From assembly GCA_965204725.1 (NCBI GenBank), contig OZ242005.1, positions 1,824,001 through 1,888,000 of the forward strand: DNA of 64,000 bases. The letters are read 5' to 3'. Numbering within the stretch: position 1 is the first letter of the stretch; each line of letters starts with the position of its first letter. The translations under genes were made by a program, and so were the position numbers. This document shows positions 38,806 through 47,412 of the stretch, piece by piece. The stretch comes from Candidatus Latescibacterota bacterium. GTDB lineage: Bacteria > Latescibacterota > UBA2968 > UBA8231. Below the pieces are notes generated by a model, which was given only the letters and a program-made list of their open reading frames with translations, did not search any database and was not told the origin of the DNA.

Positions 38806-39523
38806 GGCCTTGCTGTGCCTGTCGCCGAACGGTCTCAAAGCGTTCAATGCCGGGACGGGATAAATCAACCACGTCATTGGCTGCGATTCTTTCTCTTTTA
38901 CCACCGTGCAGCTTCTGGTTGAGAGACCATTCATCATCGCGCTTGTCGGCCAGTGCCAAAATATCGGCCCCGGTGATTTCAGCAGAGTCCACGGTGTACT
39001 TGTCGCCGTCTATGCGGATGCGATATTTGTGCCCTTTGGGTGGACGGCGGTCGTTCTTGCCGCACTCCTCAAGATCAATGGCTTCGCCCGAGGCGGGAGG
39101 GATAACAAAAAACGAGTCCTCATCTTGGACGACAATCGTCATGTCATCCGTAACTTCCACATCCACACCGCCTTCAATGTCGGCAAACAGACGCCCCTGC
39201 GGGAACTTGTCATCCCGCTCTTTGAGTGCTTTACCAGTAACTTTTGCTTGTGGAAGGGCGAGATTGCGCGATCCGTTGAATTCTGGCCGCACTTCATTTC
39301 GCAACGGCGGGTTCTCTTCGATGGAACTTTTCCCCACTACAAACCGTTCCCCACCTCGAATAAGGAGATACTCCTCTGACAGGAGGGGAACATCTATGCC
39401 ATCTTCGCGGCTCAGAAAAATTCGTCCCTCGCTGCAATCGGCGATTTCGTAGAGCTCGTCAACAGAAACAAGCCCCGAATGGATTGGCTTTTCCTGCCCG
39501 TTAATTTGGATAGTTGGTTTCAT
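38798..39523 (-). CDS. Multi-ubiquitin-domain protein (three beta-grasp repeats; BubA-like)
   Basis: Three ~70-aa units starting IQING / PEFNG / IRIDG and ending ERF / DSF / ERF; C-terminus QAQQGHG; GGAGG RBS before ATG 39523. Confidence 0.85.
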   Translation of the reverse strand: MKPTIQINGQEKPIHSGLVSVDELYEIADCSEGRIFLSREDGIDVPLLSEEYLLIRGGERFVVGKSSIEENPPLRNEVRPEFNGSRNLALPQAKVTGKALKERDDKFPQGRLFADIEGGVDVEVTDDMTIVVQDEDSFFVIPPASGEAIDLEECGKNDRRPPKGHKYRIRIDGDKYTVDSAEITGADILALADKRDDEWSLNQKLHGGKRERIAANDVVDLSRPGIERFETVRRQAQQGHG

Positions 39524-39616
39524 CTTGATTTCCTCCAATCTTGTGTTTAATGGGTCTCTTGTCTAGTGTACAAGAGAAGCTCGCAAGCGCAAGTGGCCAT
39601 CTGCGGTCTTATTAGC

Positions 39617-39645
39617 AAGATAGTATAATCATGCGTTAATGTCAA
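39617..39645 (-). promoter_or_regulatory. Sigma70-type promoter of the Ubl operon
   Basis: Minus-strand TTGACA (39645-39640), N17, TATCTT (39622-39617) in an AT-rich divergent spacer. Confidence 0.6.
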
Positions 39646-39776
39646 TGAAAAAAAGCATAAATTGCCTTTTATCACAAACATTAACATTAAAAATATTCCT
39701 CTTGCGATTATATAAGTATCTGCCCTTTGCTTTTTATTGCTTGACATTCTCCCTAAGATCCTATACCTATATATAG

Positions 39777-40157
39777 ATGCGACGGAAACCTGATTCAGAG
39801 AAGCTCTACGAACTCGTAGGGCAGAAGGTGGAACGGCAACGGCGCGAGGCGAAGCTCTCGCAGACCCAACTCGCGCAACGTTGTGGCCTCGCCCGAGGCT
39901 CGATTGCCAATATTGAGAGCGGAAATCAGCGACCGACTCTCCACACGCTCTGGTCGCTCGCCAATGCGCTCAAAGTTGACGTGCGTTCGTTTTTGCCCTC
40001 TCGGGACGAGTTCCTAATGAGCGAGGCAGATACCGCAACCCCTAAAATCACAGGTTGGCTGAAGGATGAGGCAGTAAAGAGCCAAAACCAAGTCAATTCC
40101 TTCATCGCCGAGAGTCTAGAGAAGGTCGGCCCTAATGTCGCTGGAGAGAAAAGCTGA
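39777..40157 (+). CDS. XRE/HTH_3 transcriptional regulator (CapH-like)
   Basis: LSQTQLAQRCGLARGSIANIESG..RPTL..L..LA.AL. Confidence 0.92.
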   Translation: MRRKPDSEKLYELVGQKVERQRREAKLSQTQLAQRCGLARGSIANIESGNQRPTLHTLWSLANALKVDVRSFLPSRDEFLMSEADTATPKITGWLKDEAVKSQNQVNSFIAESLEKVGPNVAGEKS

Positions 40158-40638
40158 ACAGTTGCTCGCAGAGGCGGGACTGGATACTGTTCCAATTCCT
40201 GTGGAGCAAATCGCTGCTTACCTAGGCATAAAGGTCGAGTTGGCAGAGCTCGGCGAAGATTGCTCAGGAGTGCTCGTCCGAAATGAAGGCCGCGCTGTCA
40301 TTGGTGTGAACCAAGACCACCACCCCAACCGGCGGCGTTTTAGTATTGCACACGAGATCGCCCATTTCGTTCTCCACAAAGGCGATACGTACATCGACAA
40401 GGGGTATCTCGTGCATTTCCGCGACCGGGAGTCTGGTTCCGGCACCAAGTGGGAAGAGATGGCGGCCAATGCGTTTGCGGCGGCACTCCTCATGCCGGCG
40501 AAGCAGGTCAGGGATGCTTTCAAGCAGCAGCCCTTCGACCTAACCGAAGACAATGTCCTAGAGATGCTTGCCAAGAAGTTCAAAGTGAGCACCCAAGCGA
40601 TGACCTACCGTCTGATGAAGCTAAGAATGATCTCTTAG
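40135..40638 (+). CDS. ImmA/IrrE family metallo-endopeptidase (CapP-like)
   Basis: RRRFSIAHEIAH (HExxH), E..ANAFAAALLMP, FKVS..A..YRL; overlaps the HTH gene. Confidence 0.92.
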   Translation: MSLERKAEQLLAEAGLDTVPIPVEQIAAYLGIKVELAELGEDCSGVLVRNEGRAVIGVNQDHHPNRRRFSIAHEIAHFVLHKGDTYIDKGYLVHFRDRESGSGTKWEEMAANAFAAALLMPAKQVRDAFKQQPFDLTEDNVLEMLAKKFKVSTQAMTYRLMKLRMIS

Positions 40639-40689
40639 CCGTTCGTCAACCTAAACGCCCCATTCCATCCGGCCTCTATCGCTTTACCT

Positions 40690-41526
40690 CTATAGATGAT
40701 GAACAGCGGCAGCGGCAAAGGCTTCGTGATATTCCTCTTTAGCGACGAGGTGCTGCTCTAGCCGATCAATCAGTCCCATAAGCTCATCAACCTTGGCGAC
40801 GATGCGGTGTTGCTCGGCGAGGGGTGGAGTCGGTATAGAAATGAGCGCGAAATCCTTGCCTGATATTTCCTTAAAGGTCGTTCCCGTGGCCTGAGCGTCG
40901 ATTCCAGGACCTGCTTGTCTGAGGAAGATATAAAGGAACTCGGACATGGCTGGAATATAGGGCACACAAGACTTGAAGCCTTGGTTGGTGCTGAGCGGGT
41001 TAGCAGCGACACCAACGTGTCCAATCGGTGCCCGGCACGAAAACAAGACCGAACCTATCGGCAGCATCTGAGCAGACGATCTATTGAGTCCCTCAACGGT
41101 AATGTCGCGAGCTCCCCGCGAGATGTAACGGGAGGGCTGATTTCGCATATCAGCGGGTGTTACCCAAGGAATATCTTGCTCATCGCTCCAAAAAGAAGAT
41201 TCACTACTTCTCGGAGTGCCGCCTCCCACTATCGCACTAACATCACCTAGACGAAGCCACTGCCACGTTTCGGGAGTTTCAAAGGGTTTTTGTTCAACAG
41301 AGATTCCGCAGGAATAACGGGGTTTGGTGATCACTTTTTCTGAAAGGAGCCGTTGCTTACCCTCCGCCAAATCGGCAATCAACCTGCCCACCGGCTCGTC
41401 ATCCGGCCTCTGTTCCACCAACCGCCCCCGCACCGCAAGCCGAAGCACCAACGCCCTGAGCCGCTCAACCCCTCCCGGTGCCTCGGCGATCACATCAAAC
41501 GCGGCGATGAACTCCCCCAGCGTCAT
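40690..41526 (-). CDS. hsdS: Type I R-M specificity subunit, half-size (single TRD)
   Basis: LAVRGRLVEQ.P.DEP, PFETPETWQWLRLGD, GGTP TRD, PPLAEQHRIVAKVDELM; 278 aa only. Confidence 0.85.
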   Translation of the reverse strand: MTLGEFIAAFDVIAEAPGGVERLRALVLRLAVRGRLVEQRPDDEPVGRLIADLAEGKQRLLSEKVITKPRYSCGISVEQKPFETPETWQWLRLGDVSAIVGGGTPRSSESSFWSDEQDIPWVTPADMRNQPSRYISRGARDITVEGLNRSSAQMLPIGSVLFSCRAPIGHVGVAANPLSTNQGFKSCVPYIPAMSEFLYIFLRQAGPGIDAQATGTTFKEISGKDFALISIPTPPLAEQHRIVAKVDELMGLIDRLEQHLVAKEEYHEAFAAAAVHHL

Positions 41527-43031
41527 GCCGTCCGCTCCAATGCCTCAGCCAACGCCCGCTTTAGCTGCGCCCGCACTTTTGCCGCTGCCGCTCGTTCCTG
41601 CTCATACAACGCCAGCAGTTCACCCGGGTCGCCGTGTCCGCCCGCAACCGCGTTGGGATTGGCCATGTCGAGGTTGAAGCCGCGCTCGCGGATTTCGTCG
41701 ATGCCCACCTTCCAAGCGAACTCGTTTTCAGCCCGATTGTCCCACCACGCCTTCTCCGGCGCAAACTCCTCAATCCGCATCGGCTTGGTCTTGGAGTACG
41801 ACTTGTAGCCCTCTGGGTAGGGATGCTCGTAATACCAAACCTCGGTGGTCGGCCTCCCCTTCTCGAAAAACAGCACATTGGTCTTGATCCCGGTGTACGG
41901 CGCGAACACCCCGTTGGGCAGGCGCACGATGGTGTGCAACTCGCACTCGGCAAGCAGGCGTTCTTTCAGGCGCGTCTTCACCCCTTCGCCAAACAACGTG
42001 CCATCCGGCAACACCACCGCAGCCCGCCCCCCGAGCTTGAGCAACTCAACGATCAGCACCAAGAACAGGTCCGCAGTCTCGCGGGTGCGGAACTCATGCG
42101 GGAAATTATGCTCAATGCCGTCCTCCTCCATGCCGCCAAACGGCGGATTGGTGAGCACCACATCGACTCGGTCGCCCATGCCGATGTCGCGCAGGGGCCG
42201 GGCGAGCGTATTATCGTGCCGAATGTCCGTCGGCACATCAAGGCCGTGGACGATCATGTTGGTGACACACAGCAGATGCGGCAGGGGCTTCTTCTCGACC
42301 CCTTGAATGCTCGCCTGAAGCTGCGCCTCTTGCGCTGGCGTCTTCACGTCCCGCCGCCGAATGTGCTCAATGGCGCACGTCAAAAAGCCGCCGGTGCCGC
42401 AGGCCGGGTCTAAAATGGTCTCCCCGAGGCGGGGATCAATCATGTCAACCGCGAATTGAGTCACCGCTCGTGGCGTGTAGTATTCGCCGGCGTTTCCGGC
42501 ACTCTGGAGGTCTTTGAGCAGTTGCTCGTAGATGTTGCCGAACAAGTGCCGGTTCGTAGCGTCGTTGAAGTCGATGTCAGCCTCGATCTTGTTGACCACC
42601 TGCCGCAGCAGGGTGCCGGACTTCATGTATTGGTAAGCGTCCTCAAAAACGCCGCGCACCAAGCGACGGCGGCTCATCCGCACCCCCTCTTCCGCACTCG
42701 GCGGCTCAACCTCCATGCCCTTGAGCGCGGGAAACAGCGTCTCGTTGACAAAGGCGAGCAGCCTATCGCCGGTGGCCCCTTCCCGGTCCGCAGCCCAAGC
42801 ACTCCAGCGCAAGTCCTCAGCGGTGCGGGTCTCGCCTTCCTCCATCCAAGTTACGTCAACCAACGGAGACGCAAAGCCCTCTTCAAGCAGTTCCAATTCC
42901 TGCTCGCGGTCATTCCATATCTTGAGAAACAGCAGCCAGACGAGTTGACCAATGCGCTGGGCATCGCCATCGACACCCACGTCCTTGCGCATGATGTCTT
43001 GGATAGACTTGATGGTAGTAGATAGAGACAC
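41523..43031 (-). CDS. hsdM: Type I R-M N6-adenine methyltransferase
   Basis: IMRKDVGVDGDAQRI, GEYYTPR, DPACGTGGFL, NPPFGG. Confidence 0.95.
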   Translation of the reverse strand: MSLSTTIKSIQDIMRKDVGVDGDAQRIGQLVWLLFLKIWNDREQELELLEEGFASPLVDVTWMEEGETRTAEDLRWSAWAADREGATGDRLLAFVNETLFPALKGMEVEPPSAEEGVRMSRRRLVRGVFEDAYQYMKSGTLLRQVVNKIEADIDFNDATNRHLFGNIYEQLLKDLQSAGNAGEYYTPRAVTQFAVDMIDPRLGETILDPACGTGGFLTCAIEHIRRRDVKTPAQEAQLQASIQGVEKKPLPHLLCVTNMIVHGLDVPTDIRHDNTLARPLRDIGMGDRVDVVLTNPPFGGMEEDGIEHNFPHEFRTRETADLFLVLIVELLKLGGRAAVVLPDGTLFGEGVKTRLKERLLAECELHTIVRLPNGVFAPYTGIKTNVLFFEKGRPTTEVWYYEHPYPEGYKSYSKTKPMRIEEFAPEKAWWDNRAENEFAWKVGIDEIRERGFNLDMANPNAVAGGHGDPGELLALYEQERAAAAKVRAQLKRALAEALERTA

Positions 43032-43056
43032 GGCTCAGGATCATCCTTTCGCTATG

Positions 43057-43182
43057 TATAGCCGTCCTAAATGACTTGCAAGTGTAGAGATGCTTCGACT
43101 GCGCTTCGCTTCGCTCAGCATGACACACAGACGGGCACTTCGTGCCCCAGATCCTGTCATACTGAGCGAAGCGAAGTATCTC
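43057..43182. repeat. Palindromic REP/MITE-like element between hsdR and hsdM
   Basis: Arms cttcgcttcgctcagcatgaca (43104-43125) / tgtcatactgagcgaagcgaag (43155-43176), inner gggcac-ttc-gtgccc hairpin; preceded by the 20-mer shared with 30803. Confidence 0.75.
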
Positions 43183-43232
43183 ATACCCAAAACGCCATGC
43201 AGAACAGCCCTTATGAATAATGAACTCAGGCA

Positions 43233-45545
43233 CTAGGCGGCGGTATCGTAGATGGCCGCTGCGAGCTCCTGCACGGCGGCGATGTACTCGTCTCTACCGC
43301 CGAAGTGCCGAACCAACTCCATCGGGGTCCCGAGGTCGGACAGCGGCTGCACACGCAGGACGCCCAAGTCTTCAACCGAGGCCAGTCCTTCGTCTGCATA
43401 CTTATCGAGCAGAGCATCGAGCACGGCGCGGGCCTGTGCGCCGTAGCGGGTAAATACATCCCGCTTCTTCACGTTCTCAGCCCGCTCGCGCCGAGTGAGC
43501 GGGGGCTGGCCATAGACCACGCGGCAGATCAGGTCAAAGGCGTCCAGGTCTTGGCCTCCCTGCTCGCGCAACTCCTCGAACAACACGCCCTGCTCGCGCA
43601 ACTCCTCGATCACCTCGGCCTTGCGGTCCGCCTCAGACCAGCGGCGCAAGAAGGCGTCTAAGGTGGCGTACTCTCGCTGCACGGTCTTGCGCGTGTAGTC
43701 GGTCAGGGACTCGGTGATGAGCCGACCGTCGCGGTCGAGATACTGGACGCGCTCGGCCATGACCTCGACCACGACATCGCTGACGACGTACCGCGTCGCA
43801 CCTTTGGGCGATGGGTCCGCCTCGCTGGCCTCCAAGATAACAGACTCGCCGCTGCCGCCGGGTGCATAAGCGATGACCGGCTCGCCATCAAAGTCCGGGT
43901 CGGCGAACAACTCGGTCGCCTTTTTGAAATCCATGATGGTGAACCAAAACTTGCCCGCGTCCTCGTGAATGCGGGTGCCGCGCCCGATGATCTGCTTGAA
44001 CTCAATAAGCGACTCAATGCGCTGGTCGAGCACAACCAGCTTGCAGGTCCTCACATCTACTCCGGTCGTCAAGAGCTTCGAGGTAGTAGCGATGACTGGA
44101 TAGCGTCGCTCGGGGTGAATGAAGTCGTCGAGCGCGAGCCGACCCTCCTCGCTGTCGCCGGTGATGCGGACCACGAACTTTGAAGCATTACCCGCTTCCT
44201 GCGGCAGACGCTCAGCGACCTCGTTGACGAATGCCGAACGCATTCGCTCGGCATGATCGACGTTCTCGCAGAAGACGATGGTCTTGCCGTAGGGGTCCGT
44301 CTCCAACAGATACGCGACGACCTTCTCAGCGACGCGCCGGGTGCGCTCGTTTAGGACCAGTTCCCGATCCATATCGCGCTGGTTATAGACGCGATCTGCG
44401 ATCTCCCGGCCGAGGTCGTCGGTCATGCCGGTCGGGGGCCGCCACCCCTGCAAGTCCTTGTCGAGGTCAACGCGCACGACCTTGAACGGCGCGAGAAAAC
44501 CGTCGTCAATGCCCTGCTTGAGACTATAGGTATAGATGGGATCGCCAAAATAACGGAGCGTACTAACCCCGGGGGTCTCCTTCGGCGTCGCCGTAAGCCC
44601 GAGTTGGACGGCCGGCTCGAAGTAATCGAGGATCTCTCGCCAAGCACTCGCCTCGCGGGCGCTGCCCCGGTGGCACTCGTCAATAACCACCAAGTCGAAA
44701 AATTCCCGGCTGAACTGCCGGTAAATGTTCTTCTCCTCCTCGTTGCCGCTGACTGCTTGGTAGAGCGCGATGTAAATCTCGTAACTCGGGTCCATATCGC
44801 GGTTGCGGACCTTGGTCATCACCGAGCCAAAAGGCTTGAAGTCGTTGGTGACGGTCTGGTCCGCGAGGATATTCCGGTCCACGAGGAACAGCACCCGCTT
44901 GACCTTCCCGGCCTTCCACAGCCGCCATATAATCTGAAAGACGGTGAACGTCTTGCCGGTGCCGGTGGCCATGACCATCAGCACCCGACGCTGTCCCCGT
45001 GCAATGGCCTCGACCGCCCGCTGAATGGCAACGCGCTGATAGTACCGAAGCTCCTTGTCGGCTAGGTCTGCATAGTAAGGCTGCCGTGCGAGCTTATCGG
45101 ATGCTTCGTCGAGTCCCTTCCAAGCCCGGTATCGCCGCCACAACTCGTCCGGGGACGGGAACTCGTCCAGACCGATTTGCTTTTCTATGGAGGCCGACTG
45201 GCCGGTGCGGTCGTGGAACAGGAAGGCGTCGCCATTGGACGAAAACACAAACGGCACGTCGAGAGCTTCGGCATAGCCAAGTGCCTGCTGCATCCCACCG
45301 CCGACCGGGTGGCTGTTGTCCTTGGCCTCAACTACGGCGAGCGGAAGGTTCGGCTGGCAGAATAGCAAATAGTCAGCGCGCTTCTTCTTGCCGCGTACTC
45401 CTAACTTGCCCCGGACAATGACCTGCCCAGCAGTAAAGGTGTATTCGCGGCGGACCTGTGTGCGCTGATCCCACCCTGATCGGACGATCGCCGGGGTGAT
45501 AAAGGCATCGCATATCTCTGCTTCGTTCAGGAGCTTCTTGTCCAT
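43233..45545 (-). CDS. hsdR: Type I R-M restriction subunit (EcoEI/EcoAI-like)
   Basis: ADYLL...VEAK nuclease, MATGTGKT, DECHR, LTATP, LTTGVD, QIIGRGTR, PPLTRRERA C-terminal domain. Confidence 0.95.
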   Translation of the reverse strand: MDKKLLNEAEICDAFITPAIVRSGWDQRTQVRREYTFTAGQVIVRGKLGVRGKKKRADYLLFCQPNLPLAVVEAKDNSHPVGGGMQQALGYAEALDVPFVFSSNGDAFLFHDRTGQSASIEKQIGLDEFPSPDELWRRYRAWKGLDEASDKLARQPYYADLADKELRYYQRVAIQRAVEAIARGQRRVLMVMATGTGKTFTVFQIIWRLWKAGKVKRVLFLVDRNILADQTVTNDFKPFGSVMTKVRNRDMDPSYEIYIALYQAVSGNEEEKNIYRQFSREFFDLVVIDECHRGSAREASAWREILDYFEPAVQLGLTATPKETPGVSTLRYFGDPIYTYSLKQGIDDGFLAPFKVVRVDLDKDLQGWRPPTGMTDDLGREIADRVYNQRDMDRELVLNERTRRVAEKVVAYLLETDPYGKTIVFCENVDHAERMRSAFVNEVAERLPQEAGNASKFVVRITGDSEEGRLALDDFIHPERRYPVIATTSKLLTTGVDVRTCKLVVLDQRIESLIEFKQIIGRGTRIHEDAGKFWFTIMDFKKATELFADPDFDGEPVIAYAPGGSGESVILEASEADPSPKGATRYVVSDVVVEVMAERVQYLDRDGRLITESLTDYTRKTVQREYATLDAFLRRWSEADRKAEVIEELREQGVLFEELREQGGQDLDAFDLICRVVYGQPPLTRRERAENVKKRDVFTRYGAQARAVLDALLDKYADEGLASVEDLGVLRVQPLSDLGTPMELVRHFGGRDEYIAAVQELAAAIYDTAA

Positions 45546-45569
45546 CGCTGGTCCTTCAACAAGCGTCCC

Positions 45570-46118
45570 TCAAAATACATCGTCGATCGTCAACGCGAAG
45601 CCCCCCAACGTCGGCGACTCCAACGTCTCCCCTTCCCCGTAAATACCCTCGACCGCAAAGCCGCGCTCGCCCAACAGCAGGACCGTTATGGTCTTTGCAT
45701 CCGTATCCACCATCCAGTACTCTCCCACGCCATGCTCGGCATACAGCGCATATTTGAACGTCTTGTCGCGTTCCGCTGTCGAGGGGGACAGGATTTCGAC
45801 GACTAAGTCCGGTCCCCCCTGAATGTTCGCCGGGGTGATGATGTGAGCACGCGCATTGGAGACGAAAATCAGATCGGGCTGCACCACGTCCCAGTCCGAC
45901 AGCACCACGTCAAAGGGCGCGGAATACACCTTCCCCAAGCGATTCTCCGCCACGAATTGAACCAGTTTCCATCCGAGCCGGATAGAAACGCTCTGGTGAC
46001 GTTCTCCCGGTGCAAGGGCCATAACCAACTCTCCGTCCAGAAGTTCGTAACGCTCGTCTTCCGGCGCATTTAGGTAATCTTCGTAGGTAAACTTGATTGC
46101 GGGATTGGGAATGGCCAT
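45570..46118 (-). CDS. Uma2 family endonuclease
   Basis: RYELLDG, VQPDL, PDLVVEILSPST, K..LY...GV.EYW.VD; ATG at 46118. Confidence 0.92.
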   Translation of the reverse strand: MAIPNPAIKFTYEDYLNAPEDERYELLDGELVMALAPGERHQSVSIRLGWKLVQFVAENRLGKVYSAPFDVVLSDWDVVQPDLIFVSNARAHIITPANIQGGPDLVVEILSPSTAERDKTFKYALYAEHGVGEYWMVDTDAKTITVLLLGERGFAVEGIYGEGETLESPTLGGFALTIDDVF

Positions 46119-46164
46119 GGTTGCTATCCTCTCTCGGGTCTCGGGTATAAGAGGCGGATCCCTA

Positions 46165-46297
46165 AGTACGCGACACTTACTTTGCTTAGACCTTTTTCGG
46201 TTCCCGCTACGTCCCCAGGATCGAGGGCGTCCCGCCCTCGACGAGGGCAAGATGCCCTCGATCCTTGGAAGGCTAGCGGCTAGTGTCGTGTAGTAAG
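46165..46297. mobile_element. MITE/REP-like element, longest copy
   Basis: Imperfect inverted ends agtacgcgacacttac ... gtgtcgtgtagtaag enclosing gagggc/gccctc palindromes; related copies at 58006 and 58414. Confidence 0.65.
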
Positions 46298-46455
46298 GGC
46301 GGAGCCTCCTCACCTATTCAGGTAAATCTGTCTATAAATTAAACAATCGGCAAAAATCCCCACGGTTCGCTCCGCTTTTTCTCCCCAACCTCTTTTTCTA
46401 ATTTACCAACTCATAAAAAAGTCGGCATGGCAACGCCTCGAGAAAGGATCACAGC

Positions 46456-47412
46456 GTGAAGGTCGTACTGACATTTGACATGGGAGCGGCCTACGTCGAA
46501 GAATTGCGGATGGCGTTTCCCGAGTTAGACTTTTGCCCGGCGTATCGCGAAGCCGAGCAGGTGCGGGAGGTCGTGGATGCGGAGGTTGTGTTTGGACTGA
46601 TTACGCGGCCGGTGTTTTTGGCCGCTCCCCAACTCAAGTGGTTTCACTTTGTGGGCATCGGCTTCGACCCGGTCGTGCGCGCGATACCGGAATTTCGCAC
46701 GAGTTCGGTGGTGATGACCAATGCGCGCGAGACGCACGTCATCCCCATGGCCGACCACGTCTTGGCCGCGATACTCGCCCACGCCCACCGAATTCCCGAG
46801 CTGCTCAAAGACCAGCGCAACCGCCAGTGGAACACCGAGCACTACCTGCGGCGCATCATCGAATTGGCCGGCACCAAGATGGGCGTACTGGCGATGGGAG
46901 ACATTGGCCGGGCCGTGGCCACGCGGGCCGCGGCCTTTGGGATCGAGGTGTACGCGGTGGATATCTTGCCGATGACGCCACCACCGGGAGTGTGCGCGGT
47001 GTGGCCGGTCGAGCGGTTGGACGAGATGCTGGAGCAAAGCGATTGGCTGGTGGTGACGGCCCCGCGGACCGCGGCGACAGCCGGTATGCTCAACCGGCAA
47101 CGGCTCGCCTTGCTCAAAGAAGGGGCGTTTGTGGTCGTCGTCTCGCGCGGAGGGATCGTCGATGAGGATGCGCTGGCCGAAGGTTTGCACGCCGGCCGGA
47201 TCGGCGGCGCCGCGCTCGACGCGACGGCAATCGAGCCGCTGCCGCCCGACAGCCCGCTGTGGGACGCGCCCAACATGCTGATCTCGCCGCATGTCTCGGC
47301 CGAGTCCGTGCAACTGATCGAACGCCGCAAGGCCATCTTCAAGGAAAATTTGCGCCGCTATGTAGCGGACGCAGCCCTGTTGAACGTATGCGATCTAGAG
47401 AAAGGGTACTAA
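46456..47412 (+). CDS. D-2-hydroxyacid dehydrogenase
   Basis: MGDIG, VSRGGIVDE, EPLP.DSPLW..PN..ISPH. Confidence 0.9.
   Translation: MKVVLTFDMGAAYVEELRMAFPELDFCPAYREAEQVREVVDAEVVFGLITRPVFLAAPQLKWFHFVGIGFDPVVRAIPEFRTSSVVMTNARETHVIPMADHVLAAILAHAHRIPELLKDQRNRQWNTEHYLRRIIELAGTKMGVLAMGDIGRAVATRAAAFGIEVYAVDILPMTPPPGVCAVWPVERLDEMLEQSDWLVVTAPRTAATAGMLNRQRLALLKEGAFVVVVSRGGIVDEDALAEGLHAGRIGGAALDATAIEPLPPDSPLWDAPNMLISPHVSAESVQLIERRKAIFKENLRRYVADAALLNVCDLEKGY

Noticed and set aside
38806-38937. N-terminal extension of the E2 ORF in the track, which contains a Cys
   Set aside because: It overlaps the Ubl gene in another frame; the coupled ATG at 38805 is the more plausible start.
36673-39523. CBASS, or ThiF/MoeB cofactor biosynthesis
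   Set aside because: No CD-NTase is present and there are no thiamine or molybdopterin genes; the E2 and multi-Ubl point to a Bub-like conjugation system.
42910-43233. 107-aa ORF between hsdR and hsdM
   Set aside because: It is a translation of the palindromic repeat (CHAERSEA...) and overlaps hsdM out of frame.
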